Below, one piece after another: positions 40,893 to 50,646 of a DNA stretch of 64,000 bases. A model generated the notes under the pieces. That model saw only the letters and a program-made list of their open reading frames with translations, was not told the origin of the DNA and did not search any database. The translations under genes and the position numbers were made by a program. Numbering within the stretch: the stretch's first letter is position 1; the number at the start of each line of letters is the position of its first letter. This DNA is from an uncultured delta proteobacterium (GTDB lineage: Bacteria > Myxococcota_A > Polyangia > Polyangiales > Polyangiaceae). Where the stretch lies: contig CAWAIF010000003.1 in the NCBI GenBank assembly GCA_963782055.1, positions 6,368,001-6,432,000 on the forward strand, written 5' to 3'.

Positions 40893-42653
40893 ATGCGCAA
40901 GGCGCCCATCCTCTTCTTGCTCCTCGCCGCCGCGTGCGGCCCCGCCGCCGACTCGCAGCCACCCGTCGCGCCGCCCGCACCGACCACCCCGGTCGCGAGC
41001 GCCACGGCGACAGCCAGGCCCGCGGCGCCCGCGAAGCCCGCGCCGGTCGTCGTCGCGATCATCGTCGACCAGCTCGGCGCCTGGGTCGCCGACGAGCGCC
41101 TGCCGAAGCTCCCCGACACCGGCGGCTTCGCCCGCCTGCGCCGCGAGGGCACCTGGGTCCGCGACATGCACTACGCCCACGCCGTCACCGACACCGCGCC
41201 CGGACACTCCGCGCTCTACACCGGCGTGCCCCCGCGCCGCTCCGGCATCTACGGCAACGAGGCGGTGGATCCCAAATCGCGCGAGCGCGTGTCCATCCTG
41301 CACGACCCGTCGAGCAGGACGCTCCTGTCCGACGGCGCGCACGGGGGCGCGAGCTCCTCCCTCGCCATCCTGCAGGTGCCCACCGTCGCGGACCGCTTCC
41401 GCGCCGCGCACCCCGACGCCGACATCGTCAGCCTCTCCCTCAAGGACCGCGGCGCCCTCTTCGCCGGGGGGCGGCACCCGAGCGCGAGCCTCTGGTACTC
41501 CTCCGGCAAGGACGCCTTCGTCACCTCCACCGCCGTCGCCGGCGCCTACCCCGCGTGGGCCGCCCGCGCGCAGGCCGGCGGCGTGGTGACGCACCTGCGC
41601 GACGCCCCGTGGACACTCGGCGACGCGCGATCGTGGGTGGCGGAGAACGCGCGGCAGGTGGACGCGCAGCCCGGCGAGGGCGACATCGACGGCTTCGGTA
41701 TCACGTTCCCTCACGCCTTCTCCGCCTCGAAGAACCCCAGGTTCGCGATGAAGGCGAGCCCCCGCGGCGACGCGGCGGTGCTCATGCTCGCGCGCGCCGC
41801 GCTCGCCGCGCACAATCTCTCCCACCCCATGCTCCTCGCCCTCTCCCTCTCCTCCAACGACTACGTCGGCCACGTCTTCGGGCCGGACTCGTGGGAGGCA
41901 TGGGACTTCCTGCGCACCCTCGACGCCGCCCTCGGCAGCTTCTTCGACGCGCTGGACGCGCGCGTCGGCAAGGACGGCTGGTCGCTGGTGCTCACCGGCG
42001 ATCACGGCTCCCCCACCCTGCCGGAGCTCTTGGACGCGAAGCGCCCCTGGTGCAAGAAGGGCGCGCCGGCGGACCCGTGGGAGCGCCCGTGCGGCAAGGC
42101 GGAGCGCCTCTACCAGGACAAGCTGGCGAAGGAGACGCAGGCGGCGGCGGTCCGCGCGGTGGGCAAGGGCGACTGGATCCGCGGCGTGGCCGATCCATAT
42201 GTATTCTACACGGATGCCGCCGTCGCCCTGCCGGCGGCGAAGAAGGCGAAGCTCGGGGCGGCGGTGATCGCCACCCTCGACCGCCACTTCGGCGTCGACA
42301 AGGTGATCCCCTGGAGCGGCGAGGCGTGCCCGGCGCAGAGCGACGAGTCGCGTGACGCGCTGGTCTGCCGCGCGCTGCCGCCGAAGGACAACCACGGCCT
42401 GTTCGTGCTGCAGAAGCGGGGGTCCTTCTTCGATCCGGACTACGTCGTGGGCAAGGGCATCTCCCACGGGAGCACCTACCCGTTCGATCGATCGGTGCCG
42501 CTGCTGGTGCGCGCGCCCGGCCGGGCGAAGGCGGGGGACCGCGAGACCGGCCCGGTGAGCTTCGCCAGCTTCACCCGGACCCTCTCCTCGCTGCTCGGAG
42601 TGGCCCCGCCGCCCGGGTGCTTCGACGGCAAGGATTTCGCTCCGCGACATTAA
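40893..42653 (+). CDS. Alkaline phosphatase superfamily lipoprotein (PafA/NPP-like)
   Basis: Motifs IVDQL, TDTAPGH (Thr nucleophile), SLKDR, DYVGHVFGP, TGDHG and HGS. Confidence 0.92.
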   Translation: MRKAPILFLLLAAACGPAADSQPPVAPPAPTTPVASATATARPAAPAKPAPVVVAIIVDQLGAWVADERLPKLPDTGGFARLRREGTWVRDMHYAHAVTDTAPGHSALYTGVPPRRSGIYGNEAVDPKSRERVSILHDPSSRTLLSDGAHGGASSSLAILQVPTVADRFRAAHPDADIVSLSLKDRGALFAGGRHPSASLWYSSGKDAFVTSTAVAGAYPAWAARAQAGGVVTHLRDAPWTLGDARSWVAENARQVDAQPGEGDIDGFGITFPHAFSASKNPRFAMKASPRGDAAVLMLARAALAAHNLSHPMLLALSLSSNDYVGHVFGPDSWEAWDFLRTLDAALGSFFDALDARVGKDGWSLVLTGDHGSPTLPELLDAKRPWCKKGAPADPWERPCGKAERLYQDKLAKETQAAAVRAVGKGDWIRGVADPYVFYTDAAVALPAAKKAKLGAAVIATLDRHFGVDKVIPWSGEACPAQSDESRDALVCRALPPKDNHGLFVLQKRGSFFDPDYVVGKGISHGSTYPFDRSVPLLVRAPGRAKAGDRETGPVSFASFTRTLSSLLGVAPPPGCFDGKDFAPRH

Positions 42654-42702
42654 CAATGTGGAGCGTCCGTGGGGTGACGGGCCTGCGCTATAGTCTGCGG
42701 TG

Positions 42703-43986
42703 ATGAAGACGATCTTTGCTTTCTCCTTGTTCGCCGGCGCGGTGCTCCTCGCCGCCTGCGGGCGGACCGACCTGGGCGCCGAGGACATGATCCCCGAGGA
42801 CGGCGGCGCCGACGTCACCGGCGACGCGTGCCCGCCGACCCAGACCGAGTGCGGCGGCGCCTGCATCGACGTCTCCAGCGACCCCGCCAACTGCGGCGGC
42901 TGCAACATCTCCTGCGCGTCCACGCAGACGTGCACCGGCGGCCAGTGCCTCACCAAGCAGTGCCCCGCGGGCAAGACGCTGTGCGGCGACACCTGCGTCG
43001 ACGTGACCACCGACGGGAAGAACTGCGGCGCCTGCGGCACCGCGTGCCCCGACACCGAGGTGTGCCTCTTCGGCTCGTGCGCGCTCACCTGCGACGTCGG
43101 CCTGGCCAAGTGCAACGGCGGCTGCGTCGACCTGCTCAAGGATCACGACAACTGCGGCGGCTGCGGCAAGACGTGCGCCGTCGACGAGACCTGCGCCAGC
43201 GGCCTGTGCTGCGGCGCGGGGGAGTCCAACTGCAGCGGCGTCTGCGCCGACACGCAGAACGATCCGCAGCACTGCGGCACCTGCACCACCAAGTGCGGCC
43301 AGGGGGAGAGCTGCAACGGCGGGCAGTGCGGGAGCTGCAGCAAGACGGTGCTGGTGCTGTCCGACAGCGACGCCAGCGCCAACGCCGCGCTGAAGACGGC
43401 GCTCACCAACGCCGGCTTCACGCCGACCCTGATCGCCGGCGGCGTGGTCACCTACGCGGGCAACCCCGCGCCCAGCGGCTTCGGCGCGGTGCTCGTCAGC
43501 AACGGCGAGCAGTGGAACCAGGACATGAACGCCTCGGGGCAGACGGCGATCGTCAACGCGCAGCAGGCGGGCGACACCGGCGTGGTCTTCACCGAGTGGG
43601 CGGCGTGGATGCCGACGATCAACCTCTGGAAGACCCTCCGGCAGCTCGTGCTCCTGCAGCACGACTCGGGCGTCGACTCGACGCTCACCTTCGACCTGAA
43701 GGTGAACAACCACCCCATCTGGAAGGGGCTGCCGACGACCTTCACCACCGTCAACAAGATGGGGGCCAACGTCGGCGCCACGCTGCTGCACAACGCCACC
43801 GAGATCGCCGGCTGCAGCGAGTGCAAGGGCCCCGGCGTCGCGGTGCTGGACGAGCAGGGCAAGGGGCGCATCGTGCACATCGCCCACGCGGCGAGCTACC
43901 AGGGCGGCGGCAAGGCTTGGTCCAACGACACCAACACGACGACCATGCTCACCAACGCGGTGGGCTGGGCGGCGAAGTGTCTCTGA
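42703..43986 (+). CDS. Cys-rich repeat lipoprotein with a C-terminal alpha/beta domain; paralog of 7040-8362
   Basis: Lipobox LAAC and four DxxN/HCG repeats. NHPIW and HAASY motifs shared with the paralog. Confidence 0.9.
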   Translation: MKTIFAFSLFAGAVLLAACGRTDLGAEDMIPEDGGADVTGDACPPTQTECGGACIDVSSDPANCGGCNISCASTQTCTGGQCLTKQCPAGKTLCGDTCVDVTTDGKNCGACGTACPDTEVCLFGSCALTCDVGLAKCNGGCVDLLKDHDNCGGCGKTCAVDETCASGLCCGAGESNCSGVCADTQNDPQHCGTCTTKCGQGESCNGGQCGSCSKTVLVLSDSDASANAALKTALTNAGFTPTLIAGGVVTYAGNPAPSGFGAVLVSNGEQWNQDMNASGQTAIVNAQQAGDTGVVFTEWAAWMPTINLWKTLRQLVLLQHDSGVDSTLTFDLKVNNHPIWKGLPTTFTTVNKMGANVGATLLHNATEIAGCSECKGPGVAVLDEQGKGRIVHIAHAASYQGGGKAWSNDTNTTTMLTNAVGWAAKCL

Positions 43987-44036
43987 GGGGTTCCGGCGGC
44001 CACCTTCCTTGGTACGCTGAGCGCTGGAGGCTGCCC

Positions 44037-45713
44037 ATGCGACTCGTCCCCCCTGCGATCCTCCTCTGCCTGCTCGTGGCGTGCGGCGGCGACGACTCGT
44101 CGTCGGCCAACCCGGACGGCGGCGGCACCGACGGCGGCAGCGGGTCCGACGGCCAGAGCGCGGCGGACACCGGCGGCGGCGACGGCTACGTCCCCCCGGC
44201 CGCGCCCACCTGCACCCCGCCGGAGACGGCGCCGGACACCAGCAACCCGACGACCGTCGTGGGCACCGGCCCGGGCACCTGCACCGAGGCCGCGCTCGTC
44301 GCGGCGGTGGCCAAGGCGGGCGTCATCACCTTCGACTGCGGGGACGCCGCCACGATCACCGTCACCAAGCCGCTGATGCTCCGCACCGACACCGACACCG
44401 TCATCGACGGCGGCGGCAAGGTGACCATCGACGGCGGCGGCAAGACGCAGATCATGAACTTCAACCACCCCAACTACCGGGTGAACGACGTCCGCCTCAC
44501 CCTGATGAACCTGACGCTCGCGCACGGCAAGATCAGTGGCACCAAGAAGTACGCCACCGCCCCGGCCCCCTGCTCGACGGGCTACTACGACGGCTACGGC
44601 GGCGCCCTGTTCGTGCGCGACGGCGTGGTGCTCATCATCGACACCGTCTTCGACTCCAACGGCGCCGAGCAGCTCGGGCCGGATGTGGGCGGCGGCGCCG
44701 TCTCCCTTCAGGGCGTGAAGAAGGCGACGATCATCGGCAGCACCTTCAAGAACGGCACCGCCAGCAACGGCGGGGGCATCGAGTCGCTCAACTCCGACTT
44801 CGACGTCTACAACTCCGTCTTCGCCAACAACACCGCGACGGGAAACGGCGCCAACAGCGACGACGCGAACAAGTGCCCGGTCGTCGCCGACAACGGGCAA
44901 CACCAGGTCGGCTCCGGCGGCAACGGCGGCGCCGTGGCCATCGACGGCGGCTCCGACCTCACCCACACCTTCTGCGGGGTCACCTTCACCGGCAACAAGG
45001 CCGGGTCGGGCGCGCTCGCCGGCGCCATCGGCCGCACGCCGGACAAGGCGAAGCAGAAGACGGTGATCGACCGCTGCCTCTTCGACGCCAACACCGACCC
45101 CGACGGCGGCGGCGGCGCGCTCTACTTCCACAACTCCGACCTGCAGATCCTGGCGACCACCTTCCACGCCAACACCGCCAAGGGCTGCGGCGCGATCCAG
45201 GCGGACGGGACCACCATCGACTTTTCCAACGACACCTTCGAGGGCAACCAGGCCACCGGTTCGGGCGCCGTCGGCGGCGGGATGTGCCTCTTCGGCGGCG
45301 ACGGCACGATGAAGAACGTCACCTTCGCCAACGGCAAGGCCGACGGCTTCGGCGCCGCCATCTTCGGCAACCCCACCCTCACCGTCGACAACACCCTCTT
45401 CTCCAACAACACCGCGAACAACCCCGGCGCGCCGATGCAGTGCCAGATGACCGCGACGGGCGCCGGCAACCTGCAGTTCCCCAAGAACCACCAGAACGGC
45501 GGCGCGGCGGACGCGACGTGCGTCACCGGCATCACCATCGCCGACCCGATGCTCGCCGCCATCGGCCCGAACGGCGGCCCCACCCCGACGATGCTCCCCA
45601 AGGCGGGCAGCCCCGCGCTCGGCCTCGGCAAGGCCTGCCCGGCGACCGACCAGCGCGGCACCGCGCGCCCGGCGGACGGCTGCACCTCCGGCGCGGTGGA
45701 GGGGACGAAGTAG
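44037..45713 (+). CDS. Lipoprotein with right-handed beta-helix (GGA/FxxN) repeats and a choice-of-anchor-Q-like tail
   Basis: Lipobox LVAC. Repeated GGAL...FxxN motifs, then NGGPTPTMLP and DQRG. Confidence 0.88.
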   Translation: MRLVPPAILLCLLVACGGDDSSSANPDGGGTDGGSGSDGQSAADTGGGDGYVPPAAPTCTPPETAPDTSNPTTVVGTGPGTCTEAALVAAVAKAGVITFDCGDAATITVTKPLMLRTDTDTVIDGGGKVTIDGGGKTQIMNFNHPNYRVNDVRLTLMNLTLAHGKISGTKKYATAPAPCSTGYYDGYGGALFVRDGVVLIIDTVFDSNGAEQLGPDVGGGAVSLQGVKKATIIGSTFKNGTASNGGGIESLNSDFDVYNSVFANNTATGNGANSDDANKCPVVADNGQHQVGSGGNGGAVAIDGGSDLTHTFCGVTFTGNKAGSGALAGAIGRTPDKAKQKTVIDRCLFDANTDPDGGGGALYFHNSDLQILATTFHANTAKGCGAIQADGTTIDFSNDTFEGNQATGSGAVGGGMCLFGGDGTMKNVTFANGKADGFGAAIFGNPTLTVDNTLFSNNTANNPGAPMQCQMTATGAGNLQFPKNHQNGGAADATCVTGITIADPMLAAIGPNGGPTPTMLPKAGSPALGLGKACPATDQRGTARPADGCTSGAVEGTK

Positions 45714-45729
45714 CGCGCGCCGCCCGGCT

Positions 45730-47577
45730 TCAGGCGCGGCCGAGGAGCTCGACGACCAGCTCGCTCGGCAGCGGTGGACTGAACCGCCCCTGGCGGCCGC
45801 TCATCCCCCGCGAGCAGAAGATGGCGTTGAGCACCGACTCCTCCGTCGCCTCGATGACGGCCTCGTAGAGATCGTTGACGTAGGCGTCGGAGAGGAAGCT
45901 CACGCTGAGGTACTTGCTCGGCCGCTCCTGCGTCCGAGGCAGGCGGTTGGCCGTGCTGAAGGCGACGATGATCTCGCCGCTCGTCGACGCGGCGATGGAC
46001 CCGGCGCGCCCCAAGCCGAGGGCCGCGCGCTTGGAGAGGCGCCCGAGCTGGCTGGAGACGAGCGGCGCGTCGGTCCCCACCACCACGATGATGGAGCCGT
46101 AGCTCTTGGTGCGCCGCTCCATCTCGTAGAGCGGGTCGAGCTGCCGCCCGATCACCGCCCCCGCCACGTTCAGGCTGGCCATGCGTCCGAAGTTGGAGAG
46201 CACCAGCACGCCCAGGGTGAAGGTGCTCTCCCCGATGGGCACGATGCGCGAGGAGGTGCCGATGCCCCCCGCGAAGTCGAAGGTGGTCATGCCGGTGCCC
46301 GCGCCGACCGAGCCCTGCTCCACGCGCCCGCCCTTCGCCGCCTCGATCGCGCGGACGGCGTCGGTCGAGGGGCTCGTCCCGACGCGCACGTCGTTCAGGA
46401 AGGAGTCGTCGGTCTCGCCCACGACCGGGAGCACGACGTCGGTGCGCGTGCCGAGCTCGGGGTGCCTCTTGGTCATGTGCTCGATCACCCCGTGGTGGAC
46501 GCGACCGACGGAGTGCGAGTTGGTGAGCAGGATGGGGGTCTCCAGCCACCCCCACTCCATGAGCTGCGTCAGGCCGGCCATCTCCCCGATGCCGTTCAGG
46601 ACGAAGCCGCCGGCGACGAGGCGTCGCTTGAAGACGTCCCCGCCGGACGGCAGGACCGCCGTCACCCCGGTGCGCACGGCCGTCGTGCCCTCCTCGCCGG
46701 GCACCTTCACGTCGTCGCGGATGGTCGTGACGTGCCCGACGCGCACCCCCTTCAGGTCGGTGATGGCGTTGAACTGGCCCGGCGAGAAGCGGCCGATGCG
46801 GATGCCCAGCTCCCGCGCCGTCGGACGGTCGGGGCCGGTGCTCTCGCGCGCGGCGATGTCCACCCGCCGCGGGGTCCGCACCGCCAGGTCGTGACGGCGC
46901 GCGGCCGAGCGCACGACGAGGCGCAGCACGTCGTGCTCGTCCAGCCCTGCCGCGGCCGCCGCCGTCATCAGCGGACCGTGCGCGCGCAGGCTCGGCAGCG
47001 GGTCCAGCGCGACGAAGCGCGGGGTGCCGTGATCATCCAGCCGCAGCTCCACGACGCCGACATCCCGGCAGCTCGCCGCCTCGAAGGCCTTCTTCGCCAG
47101 CGCCCGAACGGCCTCGCGCTGCTCGGGCGTGAGCTTCGCCGCGGCGCGGCCCTCCACCGCCTCCACCACCTTGCCCGGCAGGGCCTCGAGCAGCGGCACG
47201 GTGAGGGCGCGGCCCCGGCCGCCGGCGGCGACGGCGACGCCCTGCGCCGCGAGCACGGTCTGGGCGAGCTTCCGGTCCAGGTTCATGTCCAGGAGCGCCG
47301 CCCCGCTGCCGGTGTACGGGAGGCGGAGCTGCTCGAAGAGGGCGGCGTAAGAGACCTGCCCCGCCTTGCCGATCCGGCCGCGCGCCAGGTTGAGCACCAG
47401 CGCGGGCGCGCTCTCGACCAGCCGCGCGACGATGGTGGCGGGCGTGCCGGAGACCTCCACCGGGGTGACGCGATGATGGAGCTCGACCAGGAGGGCGCAG
47501 ACGCGATCGACGTCCTCCTGACGGAGGCGCTCCCCCTCGCCGGGAGACCCGAGATGGTAGGCGACAGCGATCTTCAT
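45730..47577 (-). CDS. Fusion of a degenerate D-Ala-D-Ala-ligase-like domain and a DmpA/P1 (S58) peptidase
   Basis: N-terminal LPYTGS and RDVGVVELRLD. C-terminal NAITD..GVRVGH, RTGVT, GAGTGM, GSIIVVVGTDAP and EATEE. Confidence 0.88.
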   Translation of the reverse strand: MKIAVAYHLGSPGEGERLRQEDVDRVCALLVELHHRVTPVEVSGTPATIVARLVESAPALVLNLARGRIGKAGQVSYAALFEQLRLPYTGSGAALLDMNLDRKLAQTVLAAQGVAVAAGGRGRALTVPLLEALPGKVVEAVEGRAAAKLTPEQREAVRALAKKAFEAASCRDVGVVELRLDDHGTPRFVALDPLPSLRAHGPLMTAAAAAGLDEHDVLRLVVRSAARRHDLAVRTPRRVDIAARESTGPDRPTARELGIRIGRFSPGQFNAITDLKGVRVGHVTTIRDDVKVPGEEGTTAVRTGVTAVLPSGGDVFKRRLVAGGFVLNGIGEMAGLTQLMEWGWLETPILLTNSHSVGRVHHGVIEHMTKRHPELGTRTDVVLPVVGETDDSFLNDVRVGTSPSTDAVRAIEAAKGGRVEQGSVGAGTGMTTFDFAGGIGTSSRIVPIGESTFTLGVLVLSNFGRMASLNVAGAVIGRQLDPLYEMERRTKSYGSIIVVVGTDAPLVSSQLGRLSKRAALGLGRAGSIAASTSGEIIVAFSTANRLPRTQERPSKYLSVSFLSDAYVNDLYEAVIEATEESVLNAIFCSRGMSGRQGRFSPPLPSELVVELLGRA

Positions 47578-47601
47578 TCGTCGGATGCCTCGCGCGGGTG
47601 T

Positions 47602-48360
47602 CTACTCGGCGACCTTGCGCCCCGGGACCGGCGGCTTCAGGAGCACGACCGCGTGCTTCGCGCGGATGCCGGGGCCCGCGTCGCCGGCCCCCGCGGCGAC
47701 TGTCGCCAGGTCGAACGCGAGCCCCCACTTCACGCTGGCGTCGGCAGCAAGGTACCACACGTTGGAGTCGCACCTCGCCGCGAGCTTGCGTAGCCCCTCG
47801 GTGCCCAGCGTCAGGTCGGGGCCGGCCATGCCGTGGCTGAAGCGCACCGCCGTGCCGCCACCCGCCGACCACACCAGGATGGCGCTGTCCTTGCCGATCA
47901 TCGCCACCGCGCTGCACGCCGACGCCGCGGGGTGATCGAAGTCCACCTCGAGCTCGCCCAGCGTCTGGTCGCGCCGGGCGGTCTTCACCCGCGCCCCCTT
48001 CGCCTTCGCCGCCTTGATGCCGCCGATGGCCGCGGCGACGTTGGCCATGGTGGCGTCGCGCAGGGCATCCAGCTCGAGCACCTCGCCCTCCACCTTGGGC
48101 CTGGTGGCGAGGAGCGCGGCGAGTCGCCCCGAAGCGTCCCCGGCCGAGAGGTCGACCTTGTCCCCGGTCACCATCACGGCCTTGCTGTCGACGGTCACCA
48201 GCGGGGGCGTCGGCGCGGGAGGCGGCGTGGCTGTCTGCGGTGGGGGCGCGGCCGCCTCAGGCGTGGAGGGGGCCTCCTTCTTCTCGTCGCACGCGGCGAG
48301 AAGGCCACAGAAAAGGAGGAGCGGCACGGTCGAGCGCCTGGCAGAGTCGCGGCAGGTCAT
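47602..48360 (-). CDS. Hypothetical lipoprotein, possibly with ExbD-like domains
   Basis: Lipobox LAAC, a Pro-rich linker, and two segments weakly similar to the ExbD periplasmic domain. Confidence 0.75.
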   Translation of the reverse strand: MTCRDSARRSTVPLLLFCGLLAACDEKKEAPSTPEAAAPPPQTATPPPAPTPPLVTVDSKAVMVTGDKVDLSAGDASGRLAALLATRPKVEGEVLELDALRDATMANVAAAIGGIKAAKAKGARVKTARRDQTLGELEVDFDHPAASACSAVAMIGKDSAILVWSAGGGTAVRFSHGMAGPDLTLGTEGLRKLAARCDSNVWYLAADASVKWGLAFDLATVAAGAGDAGPGIRAKHAVVLLKPPVPGRKVAE

Positions 48361-48462
48361 GGGGAAACCTTCGCAAGACTAGCCAAAAGCCGGGCGCGGG
48401 CTCGCCAAAATCCGCTACCCTGGTCGCTCGAGCTTGTCGTCACGCCGTATTGCTCGTCACCC

Positions 48463-49842
48463 ATGACCGAGCCTCCCGCCTTGCAGGATTCCCCAGCGCT
48501 CGAGGGTTCGCTCGTCGCCGGGAAGTACCGCGTGCTGCGATTGATCGGCACGGGGGGTATGGGCACGGTCTGGGAAGGCGCCCACGAGGCGCTCGGCACC
48601 AAGGTCGCCATCAAGTTCATCAAGCCGGCGCACGCGCAGGCGGCCGACGCCCGCCGCCGCTTCGAGATCGAGGCGCGCGCCGCGGCCAAGCTCCAGTCCA
48701 AGCACGCGGTGCACGTCTTCGACTACGGCGTGAACGACGCCGGCCTGCCGTACATCGTCATGGAGTACCTGGAGGGCGAGTCGCTCTCCGAGACCATCAT
48801 CCGCCGCGGGGCGTTGCCCCCGCCGGAGGTGGCGAAGATCATCGGCCAGGCGGCGCGCGCCCTCGCCAAGGCGCACGGCGCGGGCATCGTCCACCGCGAT
48901 CTGAAGCCGGACAACATCTTCCTGGCGGCCAACGCCGACGAGCAGGACTCCGACCTGCCCTACACCGTCAAGCTGGTGGACTTCGGCATCGCCAAGATGC
49001 TCGACGAGAACCTCAAGTCGGACGGCGCCAACAACAGCATGGGCGGGCCCACGCAGGAGGGCGCGGTCATCGGCACGCCCAACTTCATGGCGCCGGAGCA
49101 GCTCACCGTCGGCGGCTCCCCGACCCCCATCACCGACCTCTGGTCGCTCGGCGCCTGCACCTTCGCCGCGATGACCGCCCGCATCCCCTTCGAGGGCGAG
49201 GTGCTGGGCGACATCGTGCTCAAGGTGTGCGCCGCGCCCCTGCCGGTGCCCTCCAAGTACAACCCGAACGTGCCGCCGGGGTTCGACGCGTGGTTCGCGC
49301 GGGCGTGCAGCCGCAATCCGCTCAAGCGCTTCCAGTCGGCGGACGAGCTCTCGGAGTCGCTCGCCAACGTGTGCGGCACCGGGCGGGTGCGCGTGGCCAC
49401 GCTGAGCGAGGATCAGGTGCAGTACGCCCTCAAGCCGGCGGACCCCGACCTCGCCGCGCTGGCGGACGAGATCGAGATCCCCCGGGGCATGTCCCCGCGG
49501 ACCGCCCTGCTCGCCGGGCTGGTGCTCGGCGTGACGATGGTCATCGGGATCATCGGGGCGATCGCCTGGCGCGACAAGCAGCGCGCCGAGGACCAGATGA
49601 ACGTCCCGCCCGTACCGACGGCGACCGACAGCGCGACCCCCTCGGCGACGGCCCCCGCCCCGAGCGCGAGCGCCAGCGCCTCGGCGGCCGTCCCCGACGC
49701 CGCCGCCCCCGCGCCGAAGCACGGCGCGAAGCACCACCCCCACGGCGCGGCCGCGCCGCACGCCTCCCACTCCGCTCCCGCCCCCGCCCCCTCGCCTTCG
49801 CCGGAAGACGGCGACGGGGGGGCGACGACACCGCCGGGGTGA
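48463..49842 (+). CDS. Membrane Ser/Thr protein kinase
   Basis: Kinase motifs GTGGMG, VAIK, HRDLKPDN, DFG and APE. One TM helix and an Ala/Pro/His-rich tail. Confidence 0.95.
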   Translation: MTEPPALQDSPALEGSLVAGKYRVLRLIGTGGMGTVWEGAHEALGTKVAIKFIKPAHAQAADARRRFEIEARAAAKLQSKHAVHVFDYGVNDAGLPYIVMEYLEGESLSETIIRRGALPPPEVAKIIGQAARALAKAHGAGIVHRDLKPDNIFLAANADEQDSDLPYTVKLVDFGIAKMLDENLKSDGANNSMGGPTQEGAVIGTPNFMAPEQLTVGGSPTPITDLWSLGACTFAAMTARIPFEGEVLGDIVLKVCAAPLPVPSKYNPNVPPGFDAWFARACSRNPLKRFQSADELSESLANVCGTGRVRVATLSEDQVQYALKPADPDLAALADEIEIPRGMSPRTALLAGLVLGVTMVIGIIGAIAWRDKQRAEDQMNVPPVPTATDSATPSATAPAPSASASASAAVPDAAAPAPKHGAKHHPHGAAAPHASHSAPAPAPSPSPEDGDGGATTPPG

Positions 49843-49898
49843 CGTCACCGCTCCAGCTCACCAAGCCGGACGCGCGGGGAAGGAGGGGCGGCGCGTGG

Positions 49899-50153
49899 CT
49901 AGGCGGCGCGCTGGCGCAGCTCGACCCGCAGCTCGTCGAAGCTGGGGGCCTGCAGGCCGCGCGCCCGGCGGAGCAGGAACAGCGCGTGGTGGACCTCCGT
50001 GTCGTCGGGCATGTCCGACGAGCCCGCGAGCACGTTGCGATCGGTCGCCAGCAGGAGGGCGGCATCGAGCTCGTCGCCGCGGGCGGCGTCGATGTAGGTG
50101 CGTGCTTCCTCGAGCGTGATCGTATCCAGGCTGCGCAGAATGAGGTTCGACAT
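49899..50153 (-). CDS. Small hypothetical helical protein (84 aa)
   Basis: RBS AAGGGG and GC3-biased codons from MSNLILRS onward. Confidence 0.75.
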   Translation of the reverse strand: MSNLILRSLDTITLEEARTYIDAARGDELDAALLLATDRNVLAGSSDMPDDTEVHHALFLLRRARGLQAPSFDELRVELRQRAA

Positions 50154-50646
50154 GGTGGTGCGTCCCCTTCGCCCACGACGCGAGGCCGCGGGCTTGGCCG
50201 ACGTGAGCAGGTCACGGCGGGCAATGGCGTCGCGGCCGCACGAGGCGTCCGGGGCGCGTGTTGTGTGGTGCTGCGAGCGCCGGCCGCCCGATGGGGCGGC
50301 CGACACGGGGGCGCCCAGCGGGTCCGGCCCGCGAGGCGTCGAGAGAGGGTCCGGACGCGCGAGGGGCGCGTGGGCTGACACGATCCACGGGGCCGTCGGG
50401 CCGTCGGCCGGCCTTGGGCCGGACTTCAGGAGCGTCGCGCCGGTGCCGGCGGGCGAGAACTGCTCGAGGCGTTCCCGGTCGTCCGCGGTCAATCACCCTC
50501 CCACGCGCGATGCATGTATACCGCAAACGTAATCAACTCCGTGCAAAGCACAAGTATCTGTTTGCGATCTGCACGGAATCGTCACACGCGGACCTACACG
50601 GTCGCCATCCACCTGGCCCAGCCGTCCCGTCCGGCTCCCGGCAGCG

